From contig JAXDPD010000003.1 in NCBI GenBank assembly GCA_034668505.1, positions 5,441 to 69,440 of the forward strand: a stretch of DNA of 64,000 bases, written 5' to 3'. This DNA comes from Sphingomonadales bacterium (GTDB lineage Bacteria; Pseudomonadota; Alphaproteobacteria; Sphingomonadales; Sphingomonadaceae). Each line of letters starts with the position of its first letter. Position 1 is the stretch's first letter. Positions 19,830 through 30,600 of the stretch are shown here, piece after piece. Both the position numbers and the translations under genes were made by a program. The notes under the pieces were generated by a model. The model was not told the origin of the DNA, ran no database searches, and was given only the letters and a program-made list of their open reading frames with translations.

Positions 19830-20759
19830 TCATGTGGAGGCTCCCAGCCGAGCGCCTCCGCTGTCTGAAACATCTTGGTTGCGCTGCGCGAGCATCGCGT
19901 ATCGCATCCGCAGCGCTGGCGGGATAAGCGCGGGAATCGGATAACGTTCGACGAATTCGGTGTTCATCAGCTGCCCATAGGCGGTGCCGACCTGAACCAT
20001 CGTGAGCGCGTCGCGCGGCGCGTGCTGAAGGATGGTTTCGCCGACTTCGATTGCTTCCTGAAAGCGACGCTCGGAGATCAAAAACTCCACCACAATAGTC
20101 GCCATCAGAGCAACGACCTCGCGTCGGGTGAGGGTTCGCAGATAAAGGCCGCTTTCTACGGCCCGATCGGCCATGGGCATTTGCTGGCGATACCAAATCG
20201 TCCGTGCCGGATGCCCGCCGCTGGTAGCTTCTAGGTTCATCTCGCGCCCGAGCGGATCGATGTAGCGGACGAACACATGCAGCGGGGCGGTGGCGAGCGA
20301 CAGGTTCAAGCCCATCCGCTCGCCGACGAGCAGGAAGAGCATCGGCATCGACACGCAATTGCCGCGCCGGGTTGCGAGATACGTCGATATCAGCTTGTTG
20401 CGGACGTTCTGGCCAAGCGGGTCGGTTTGATCATAGCTTAGCGGCCGGTTGTCATTCCAGGCGCCGCCTTCATAAATCACGTTCCGCAGCGCAGCCAGCT
20501 TCGCAGCGTCAGTCGCACGAGGCCCCGCCAGTGCTGTCGCCTGAGCGGCCAGGCGCTCGATTTGAGCAAGGGTGGCGTCGGCATTTATCGACGGATCGAC
20601 GATGTGATCGAGGGCCAGTTTTGCATTCGCATAGTCGAGGCGATCATCAGGCGGAGAAAGCACCCGACGGGTCACATCAGGTGGGCTGGTGCTCACGTGA
20701 GCAAAAACATCCGCGTGCCAACACATGGCCGTCATTAAGAATACAAGGAGCCGCGCCAT
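19830..20759 (-). CDS. Exported transglutaminase-like (SirB1/Transglut_core2-type) protein, possible 3' frameshift
   Basis: Signal-like N-terminus; YLATRRGNCVSMP, APLHVFVRY, NLEATSGG (Cys-His-acid triad pattern); TPR-like C-terminus. Confidence 0.75.
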   Translation of the reverse strand: MARLLVFLMTAMCWHADVFAHVSTSPPDVTRRVLSPPDDRLDYANAKLALDHIVDPSINADATLAQIERLAAQATALAGPRATDAAKLAALRNVIYEGGAWNDNRPLSYDQTDPLGQNVRNKLISTYLATRRGNCVSMPMLFLLVGERMGLNLSLATAPLHVFVRYIDPLGREMNLEATSGGHPARTIWYRQQMPMADRAVESGLYLRTLTRREVVALMATIVVEFLISERRFQEAIEVGETILQHAPRDALTMVQVGTAYGQLMNTEFVERYPIPALIPPALRMRYAMLAQRNQDVSDSGGARLGAST

Positions 20760-20875
20760 CTCCAGAAAATGCTTCCAGTTGTTATATATTCAGTCCCCGT
20801 GATTATCTTGCAGCGCCCAACGGCAATACAGAGCGAGAGCCGTAGAGAGATTATAGAATTCGCCCTCGCGTCTCC

Positions 20876-21466
20876 TCATGAATCCGCCCCCTCACAGCCG
20901 GGTTGGCGCGGGTCCGCCAGCACGCCGACGCGGCCGCGAAGCCACATCGCGCCTAGCGGCAACCCCTGCTCCATGTCGCCGACGACGCTGTAGGCGAGCA
21001 TTCCCAGGCAACGGTCCACGTACATAAAGTGTTGGAGAGGGCCTCGGGTGGAATCATTCCCGCTAGCCGGCGCCTCGACTTCGACTATCGCCGCCCGGCA
21101 GTCGTTGAAGCAGCGCGTCACGCGGAAGCTGCTCCTGAGACACCGATAGCGATCGCCGCTCCGGATCGGCCGCCTGATCGCCAGCTCGACCGCGCTTTCG
21201 CGTGGTCCGATCAGGACGCATCGCACCCCATCTTCAGATTCGATGAGCTCAGCCCGGTGCGAGGGCCACAACCCGGGAAGGAGCGCATTAAGATCGCCAA
21301 AACGGGTTCCCTGTCTTGAAAAGACCAGCACGCTGCCAAGATCGGTGCTTATGTAGCGAATGTCCTGGGCCGGCTCGAACGTGGACATGGGCGCCGTCGG
21401 CGGCTGGGCGGCAGCGGGGCCGGCCAGGGCCAGCGCGATAACGGCCCAAACTCTCCCAATCAGCAA
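20876..21466 (-). CDS. Exported Cys-containing hypothetical protein, candidate immunity protein
   Basis: TTG start overlaps the upstream gene's stop by 7 nt; signal peptide MLIGRVWAVIALALAGPAAA|Q; six Cys. Confidence 0.65.
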   Translation of the reverse strand: MLIGRVWAVIALALAGPAAAQPPTAPMSTFEPAQDIRYISTDLGSVLVFSRQGTRFGDLNALLPGLWPSHRAELIESEDGVRCVLIGPRESAVELAIRRPIRSGDRYRCLRSSFRVTRCFNDCRAAIVEVEAPASGNDSTRGPLQHFMYVDRCLGMLAYSVVGDMEQGLPLGAMWLRGRVGVLADPRQPGCEGADS

Positions 21467-22191
21467 GGCCTCTCCCCCAGCAAGCAGGAGGCTGCGCCGT
21501 CATAATCGTCTTCGTGCGGAATCCGGCTCAACGGATAATTGCGAGTCTGCAGGCCACCTGTCCATTCCTGGTAGGTCCCGTGGATGCCGCCGTCATGGAC
21601 AATGTGTCGTTCGCGCACGTCAAGCGTCCTGTTGGTCACCAGTGTTTCATTGTCGTCGACGGCATGTGTCCGGTCGTTATAGACGCCGGGTGAAACCATG
21701 CGAAGAGAGGAGTTGTTCGCCACGGTACCCTCCACGTAGACAAACTTCCTGTCGACAAGCGATGCCAGCGATTGCGCGGCGGTGATGGTAAAGCCTCCCT
21801 TATCGCCCTGCTGGTCTGGAATCCTAGCTTCCCTCATCTGATTCCTCGCCAGCGTATTGGCTGCCGCGCTGTAGCGGGAGTTGAAATTCCGGAATCTGCC
21901 ATTTTGTTCGCGCTCGGTCGGCGCCCGCCTCTCCCACCCACCATTCTTGCGCTCACTCACAAAGTCCATGCGGCAGTGAAGTTCGGGCGCACCGCCTCGT
22001 TGCGTGCCAACCTGCGTGCAAGTGGTCCCGGTCGGATCGGCGCGATTCACCGGGTCATTCCCCACGTACGCATACAGATTGAATTGATCCTGATATCCGA
22101 CGGGATCGGCCTGCAGGAAGCGGGCCTGTGCGGGGACCGTCAAGCCCAGCAGCGTGACGGCGCTCAAGACATTGCGGGCCTTGGCGATCAT
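21460..22191 (-). CDS. Signal-peptide-fused mini-Rhs (Rhs core tail plus 188-aa C-terminal domain)
   Basis: GGAGGGG RBS before ATG 22191; MIAKARNVLSAVTLLGLTVPAQA|RFLQADPVGYQDQFNLYAYVGNDPVNRADPTG then unrelated C-terminal domain. Confidence 0.85.
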   Translation of the reverse strand: MIAKARNVLSAVTLLGLTVPAQARFLQADPVGYQDQFNLYAYVGNDPVNRADPTGTTCTQVGTQRGGAPELHCRMDFVSERKNGGWERRAPTEREQNGRFRNFNSRYSAAANTLARNQMREARIPDQQGDKGGFTITAAQSLASLVDRKFVYVEGTVANNSSLRMVSPGVYNDRTHAVDDNETLVTNRTLDVRERHIVHDGGIHGTYQEWTGGLQTRNYPLSRIPHEDDYDGAASCLLGERPC

Positions 22192-22342
22192 GATCTCGAT
22201 CCCCCTCCAATAAAGGCGAAGGAGAGTGATCATCGATTTTGAATAAGAATCAAGGCATAATTCACGGAAACCGAAAAGTGTGGACAGTCACTGGGATCAG
22301 ATACTGTCCCATTGCGCCAACTCACACTGACGAGTTTCGGGG

Positions 22343-22837
22343 CTAAGGCCTCGCTAGAGCCAGATAGACGCTGTCGCAGACCTCCTCGCCGATCGTCCAA
22401 GTGCCCTTTGCCCGGCTCGTCTCGCGAAAGCTCAAGCGCTTGAGGAGGCCGAGCGAAGCCTGGTTGCGGGGATCCACGTCGGCGATCAGCGTTTCGAGCG
22501 GGCGGGTCGCGAAGAGGTGCCGGATCACCGCCTCGAGCGCCTCGCGGGCCAAGCCCTGACCCCAATAATCCGGGTCGAGGATGAAGCCGATCTCCGGCAG
22601 CCGGTAGCAGCCCGCTTTGCCGATCACCCGCCCCTCATGCTCGATCACATAATCGTCGCTGATCTCCTCCGGCGCGTCGATCATCGATTGCAGCCACTCG
22701 CGGGTCCGCTCCTCCGTTTCATGCGGCAGCGACGACCAGTAGCGCATCGCGCGGGGGTCGCTCATGATGGCGTGGATGCGGGGCAAATCCTCGATCCGCG
22801 CGCGGCGGAGGAGGAGGCGCGGGGTCGCGATCGTCAC
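22343..22837 (-). CDS. GNAT family N-acetyltransferase (RimJ/RimL-like)
   Basis: TPRLLLRR, EIGFILDPDYWGQGLAREA, DVDPRNQASLGLLKRLSF. Confidence 0.9.
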   Translation of the reverse strand: MTIATPRLLLRRARIEDLPRIHAIMSDPRAMRYWSSLPHETEERTREWLQSMIDAPEEISDDYVIEHEGRVIGKAGCYRLPEIGFILDPDYWGQGLAREALEAVIRHLFATRPLETLIADVDPRNQASLGLLKRLSFRETSRAKGTWTIGEEVCDSVYLALARP

Positions 22838-22841
22838 GGGG

Positions 22842-23336
22842 TCAGCGCGGCTCGATCCGCATCCGCTCGGTGGCGCCCCCCGGGCGGACGCGCCAGATGT
22901 CGCCGAAATCCTCGTGGACCAGCGGCGCCGGCCGGCTGCCGCCGAGCGCCGCGACGATGTCGGGCACGGTGTTGCTGTGGCCGACGATCAGCACCGGGCC
23001 GGGCTCGGCGCGGACGCGGGCGATCAGCGCCGGCGTGTCGCTGGGGTCGTAAAGGGTGAGCTGGAGGCCGAGGCGCTCGGCGAGCGGGCCGGCGGTCTGG
23101 CGGGTGCGCTTATAGTCGCTGACATAGATCGCCACGGGGCGCGCGCGCTCCCGTTCGAACCAGCCGACGAGCAGGGCCGCGACGCGCGTGCCCTCGGGCA
23201 GCAGGTCCGGATCCCTTTCGCCGGCCGGGGTGTTGAGGTGCCGCATCACATAGGTGGCGGGCGGCGCGGGCGCGCCCATGGTCGCGCAGCCGGCAAGGGC
23301 GGCGAGAGCAATGACAAGTAAACCTGACAGGCGCAT
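22842..23336 (-). CDS. Histidine phosphatase family lipoprotein (SixA-like)
   Basis: Lipobox LAGC; YVMRH, SDYKRTRQT, LIVGHSNT. Confidence 0.85.
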   Translation of the reverse strand: MRLSGLLVIALAALAGCATMGAPAPPATYVMRHLNTPAGERDPDLLPEGTRVAALLVGWFERERARPVAIYVSDYKRTRQTAGPLAERLGLQLTLYDPSDTPALIARVRAEPGPVLIVGHSNTVPDIVAALGGSRPAPLVHEDFGDIWRVRPGGATERMRIEPR

Positions 23337-23414
23337 GAGGCCGATCCTTCACAAGGGGTGCATCGCCGCGAAAAATCCAGTAACGGCTGCGCGCACGATA
23401 GACGCACAGGGTAG

Positions 23415-25699
<2,285 letters not shown>

Positions 25700-25703
25700 C
25701 CGC

Positions 25704-27074
25704 ATGGCGCGCTACGAATTCAAGCTGCCCGACATCGGCGAAGGCATTGCCGAGGCGGAGATCGTCGCCTGGCACGTCAAGATCGGCGACAGCGTCGCGG
25801 AGGACCAGCAGCTCGCCGACATGATGACCGACAAGGCGACGGTGGAGATGGAATCCCCTGTCGCGGGCAAGGTGCTGGAAGTGGCCGGAGAGGTCGGCGA
25901 CATGATCGCGATCGGCTCGGTGCTGGTGGTGATCGAGACCGAAAGCGAGGCGGCGGCGGAAGAGCCGATGGCCGACGGCATGGCCGAAGTGCCGGAGGCG
26001 CTGGACGAAATCGTCCCGACCACCGACGTCGAGGCCGAGGAGCGGCGGCGGACCGGCGAGCGCCGTCAGGAGGAAGCGCCCGTCGAGGCCGACCGCCGCG
26101 AAGGCGAATGGCGCGCTGCCAAGGCGCCGCAGGCCGGAGGCACCGGCGGCAAGCCGTCCGACCCCGGCACCGCGGTCGGCTTCAATCCGCAGCCCGATCC
26201 GCCGGTGGTGGCCAGGGGGCCGATCCTGGCCTCTCCCGCCGTTCGCGCCCGCGCCCGCGATCTCGGCATCGATCTGGGCCAGGTCAAATTTGCCGGCGAC
26301 CGCGTCCGTCACGCGGATCTCGACGCATTCCTGCTCTACAATGGCGCCAGCCCCTCGGCCCGGCCCGGCGCGAAGCGGCAGGACGAAGCGATCAAGGTCG
26401 TCGGCCTGAGGCGCAAGATCGCCGAGAACATGCAGGAGGCCAAGCGCCGCATCCCGCATTTCACCCTGGTCGAGGAATATGACGTCACCGCATTGGAGCA
26501 GACCCGCGCGATGATGAACGCCGATCGCGGCGGCAGCCCCAAGCTCACCATGCTGCCCTTCCTGATCAGCGCGCTCTGCCGGATTTTGCCCGATTATCCG
26601 CAGCTCAATGCGCGCTACGACGACGAGGCCAACGTCATCCACCGCTCGGGCGCGGTCCACATGGGCATGGCGACCCAGACCGACAACGGCCTCTCGGTGG
26701 CGGTGATCCGCAACGCGGAAGGACGCGACCTGTGGAGCCTCGCCGCCGAGGTCAAGCGCCTCGCCGACGCCACCCGCGCCGGCAAGGCGGCCCGCGAGGA
26801 ATTGTCGGGCTCGACCATCACCATCTCCAGCCTGGGGCCGATGGGCGGCCTCGTCTCGACGCCCGTCATCAACCGGCCGGAGGTCGCGATCCTCGCGGTC
26901 AACAAGGTCAAGGAGATGCCGGTCGTGATCGACGGCGACCTCGAGATCCGCAAGATCATGAACCTGTCGCTCTCCTGCGACCACCGCGTGGTCGATGGCT
27001 GGGACGCCGCCAATTTCATGCAGGCGCTGAAGAGCCTGATCGAGAATCCGCTGAAACTGCTGTCGATGCGCTGA
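25704..27074 (+). CDS. bkdB: Dihydrolipoamide acyltransferase E2
   Basis: Lipoyl domain (MMTDKATVE), E3-binding domain (ILASPAVR), catalytic SCDHRVVDG. Confidence 0.93.
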   Translation: MARYEFKLPDIGEGIAEAEIVAWHVKIGDSVAEDQQLADMMTDKATVEMESPVAGKVLEVAGEVGDMIAIGSVLVVIETESEAAAEEPMADGMAEVPEALDEIVPTTDVEAEERRRTGERRQEEAPVEADRREGEWRAAKAPQAGGTGGKPSDPGTAVGFNPQPDPPVVARGPILASPAVRARARDLGIDLGQVKFAGDRVRHADLDAFLLYNGASPSARPGAKRQDEAIKVVGLRRKIAENMQEAKRRIPHFTLVEEYDVTALEQTRAMMNADRGGSPKLTMLPFLISALCRILPDYPQLNARYDDEANVIHRSGAVHMGMATQTDNGLSVAVIRNAEGRDLWSLAAEVKRLADATRAGKAAREELSGSTITISSLGPMGGLVSTPVINRPEVAILAVNKVKEMPVVIDGDLEIRKIMNLSLSCDHRVVDGWDAANFMQALKSLIENPLKLLSMR

Positions 27075-27156
27075 GCGAGGCCCGCCGGCGGCGCGCGGCT
27101 GGACCTCGGCTCTATTTCGGGCGATCATGCCCCCGGGCGGAGCGGGGGGCGGCGAG

Positions 27157-27618
27157 ATGCGGCGTGGATCGGGCAGACTGGCAATATTGTGGGCCGCGGC
27201 GGCCATGCTCCCGTCATGCGGGGGCGAACCCGAGGAACGGAGGTCCGAAGGCCCGGCCGCGGCGAACGGCGGATTGCTCGCGCCGCCTCCGGCAAAAGCG
27301 TCCGGGATGGGCGCCGCAATGGCGGAGGCCTCGCCTTGCCGCGACGTGATTTCCGAGGCGGCGCTCGCGACGCTCAGGCGGACGGAATCGATCGACCCGG
27401 TCCTTAACCGGGTCACCCTTGGCCGGCAGGGGACGATCGCGTGGAACGGGACCCCCGTCACTCTGCCCGTGCTCCGGCAATATCTCGACCGCACCCGCCA
27501 ATTGCCGACCCAGCCGATGCTGGTCACGAGCGCCGAGGCCGGGTCCGATCCGGCATTCGTCGAGACCGTCCGGGAAGCGATCTTCGTCAGCCTGGATTGC
27601 CGGCCGGACAGCTTTTAG
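27157..27618 (+). CDS. Lipoprotein with an ExbD/TolR-like periplasmic C-terminal domain
   Basis: Lipobox-like LPSC; NRVTLGRQGTIAWNGTPVTLPVLRQYL...QPML. Confidence 0.55.
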   Translation: MRRGSGRLAILWAAAAMLPSCGGEPEERRSEGPAAANGGLLAPPPAKASGMGAAMAEASPCRDVISEAALATLRRTESIDPVLNRVTLGRQGTIAWNGTPVTLPVLRQYLDRTRQLPTQPMLVTSAEAGSDPAFVETVREAIFVSLDCRPDSF

Positions 27619-27640
27619 ACGCGGCAGGGGCGTTCCCCGC

Positions 27641-30600
27641 TCAGACGACGACGAAATCCAGCTGGGTCACCGCATCGCCCGGCATCAGGGAGGCGAAGAG
27701 CACCGCCGCGCCCGGCCCGCTGCCATCGGCGTCGTAGGAGAGCCAGCCGAGGCCGGGGGCATAGAGGATGCGGGCCTCCGGGGTATTGGCCCCGGAATCG
27801 CTGAAGGCGCCGCTGCCGAGCGCGCCGAGCGGGCCGATCCCGACGAAGACGTTGTGGTCGAGCAGGATCTTGTCCGTGCCCGAGACGAAGTCGGCGATCG
27901 TGTCCCAGTTGCTGCCGCTGGGGGTGGTGTTGAACAGGAAATTGTCGGCGCCGCCAAATCCCCAGAGCGCGTCGTGGCCGAGGCCGCCGCTCAGGGTGTT
28001 CGCGCCGGCAGTGCCGTAGATGAAGTTGCCATATTCGTTGCCGGTCAGGTTCATCCCGCCCGTCGAACCGGGATCGATCGCCGACAGGATCTCGACCTCC
28101 GTGCCCGCGGCGAGCGTGTAGCTGGCGACCGCGTAGACGGCGTCGGTGCCGCCGCCGACTGCCTCGACGACCGCATCGCCCGCTTCCTCGACCCGGTAAT
28201 AATCGTTGCCGCCGCCGCCGAGGAGTGTGTCCGCCCCGCCGCCGCCGATCAGCGTGTTGCTGCCGGCATTGCCGTAGATCGAATTGGCGAACTCATTGCC
28301 GGTCAGATCCATCGCCGTGGTCGCGCCGGGATCGATGGCGGAGAGCAATTCGACCTCGGAGCCGGCGGCCAGCGTGTAGCTGCCCACCGCATAGACGGAA
28401 TCGGCGCCGCCGCCGACGGCCTCGACGACGACGTCGCCGGCTTCCTCGACCCGGTAGAAATCGCCGCCCGCGCCGCCGATGAGGACGTCGGCGCCGCCGC
28501 CGCCGATCAAGGTGTTGGCGGCGGCATTGCCGTAGATGAGATTCGCATATTCGTTGCCGGTCAGGTTCATGCCGGCGGTGGAGGCGGGATCGATCGCGGA
28601 GAGCAGCTCGACCTCCGAGCCGGCGGCAAGCGCGTAGCTCCCCACCGCATAGACGGAATCGAAGCCGCCGCCGCTGCCCTCGATGACGATGTCGCCGGCT
28701 TCCTCGACGCGGTAGAAGTCGTTGCCGGCGCCGCCGATCAGCGTGTCGGCCCCGCCGCCGCCGATCAGGGTGTTGCCGGCGGCGTTGCCGATGATGAGGT
28801 TGGCATATTCGTTGCCGGTCAGGTTCATCGCCGCCGCCACGGCCGGCGCGATCGCCGAGAGCAGCTCGATCTCCGAGCCGGCGGCGAGCGTGTAGCTGCC
28901 GACCGCGTAAATGGCATCGAAGCCGCCGTTCGCATTTTCGACGACGACATCGCCGGCTTCCTCGACCCGGTAGACGTCGTTGCCGGCGCCGCCGATCAAA
29001 GTATCCGCGCCGCCGCCGCCGATCATCGTGTTGCTGCCGGCCGTGCCGATGACGAGGTTGGCGAACTCATTGCCGGTCAGGTTCATGCCGACGGTCGAGC
29101 CCGGATCGATGGCGGAGAGCAACTCGACTTCGGACCCGGCGGAGAGCGCGTAGCTGGTCACCGCATAGACGGCGTCGGAGCCCTCGCCGACCGCCTCGAC
29201 GACGATGTCGCCGGCCTCCTCGACGCGGTAGAAATCGCTGCTCTTGCCGCCGCTCAACGTGTCGGCGCCGCCGCCGCCGATCAGCACGTTGACGCCGCTA
29301 TTGCCACGCAAATGGTTGGCGAATTCATTGCCGGTCAGGTTCAGCGCCTGGGTGCCGTAGCGGCTCGCCGCTTCCAGCCGCTCCACCTCGGCGCCCGCCC
29401 CGAGCGCATAGCTGGCGCTGGCCCGCACGACGTCGCTCCCGCCGCCCACCGCCTCGACGACGACGTCGCCGTCCTGGTCCACATAATAGATGTCGTTGCC
29501 GGCGCCCCCGGTCATCGTGTCGGCGCCCGTATCGCCGATCAGGAAGTCGTTCGCGCCGGTGCCGGTCAGATTGTCCGCCGCCAGGGTTCCCTGCACCGCG
29601 TCCGCCACGAGCGGATTGTTGATCCGCATCAGGCCATTGTCGCCGAGGAAGGTGAAATAGCGCAGGTCGGGCCCGATTTGCAGGTCGCGCGCCCCGGTGA
29701 GGTCGAAGAGAAGCGGGATCGTGTTGACGATGCTCCAATCCGCCGTGGACAGCTGGACGATCACGTTCTGCCCGATTTCGAGGGCGAACAGGGAGGCGCC
29801 GGTCTCGTCGAAGGCGAGGCCGTGGATGGAGGCGGCCCATTGCGGATTATATTGGGTGAGCTGCGTCTTCAAATGCAGTTCGGCATCGTAAATCAGAATG
29901 CCGCCGCCATGGGTGGAGATGGCGGTGAGGCCGGTCTCGCCGCTATAGGCGATCTCGAGAGCGGGGAAGAGACCGCTCGTATCCCGGTACAGGGACCCCA
30001 GCACCTGATCGTAGATCGAACCGGGCATCGTGCTGGTCGATCCGATCAGCACGCGGTCGCCTTCGGCCGACCGCTGCAACGCCCCCGCCCCCGGGACATT
30101 CAAAGATGTGAAGGCGCCCGTTGCCGGATCGAACAAGGCCATGATCTCGGCGGCGAGCAGCACCTTGCCGTTGCTGAGATAGGAAAGGTCACCGAACGTC
30201 GCGGTGCTGCCATGCACTTCATAGGTGTGGGTGGTGACCGCGCCCGTCACAAGATCGACCCGGTGCATTGCGATGACGGTGACGATGTCGTTGATTGGCG
30301 TGCCGGGCGGAGAGGTGGAGACGATGTGGCGCTCGGTGACGGCCAGCCAGCGCCCGTCGAGCGAGACGTCGAGCGCTCCAAGCTCATCGCCGACATCGAT
30401 CGTCTGGATCAGCGCGCCGGTTTCCGCGCTGTAGATGCGGACGAAGCCGTCGCTGCTCGCGGTGTAGAGCCGGAGCCCGTCGCCGCTGAGCACGCTGTCG
30501 TTCGGCGAGGGCGAGGCGACGGTGATGGACCGCGGCCCTTCCGGCGGCGGCGGGGGCGGGGGCGGCGGACCGCTGGGCGCGGTCACGCTGATCTGGGTGG

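Larger units (their letters stand above)
19807..22330. mobile_element. Lower-GC accessory cassette (three genes), no mobility gene
   Basis: Abrupt increase in A/T third positions and AT-rich intergenic tracts between the psp operon and the GNAT gene (judged by eye). Confidence 0.6.

Noticed and set aside
27950-29560. Regular ~255-bp DNA repeats as a possible array or DGR template
   Set aside because: They are in-frame RTX protein repeats with synonymous variation; no reverse transcriptase and no adenine-specific mismatch pattern noticed.
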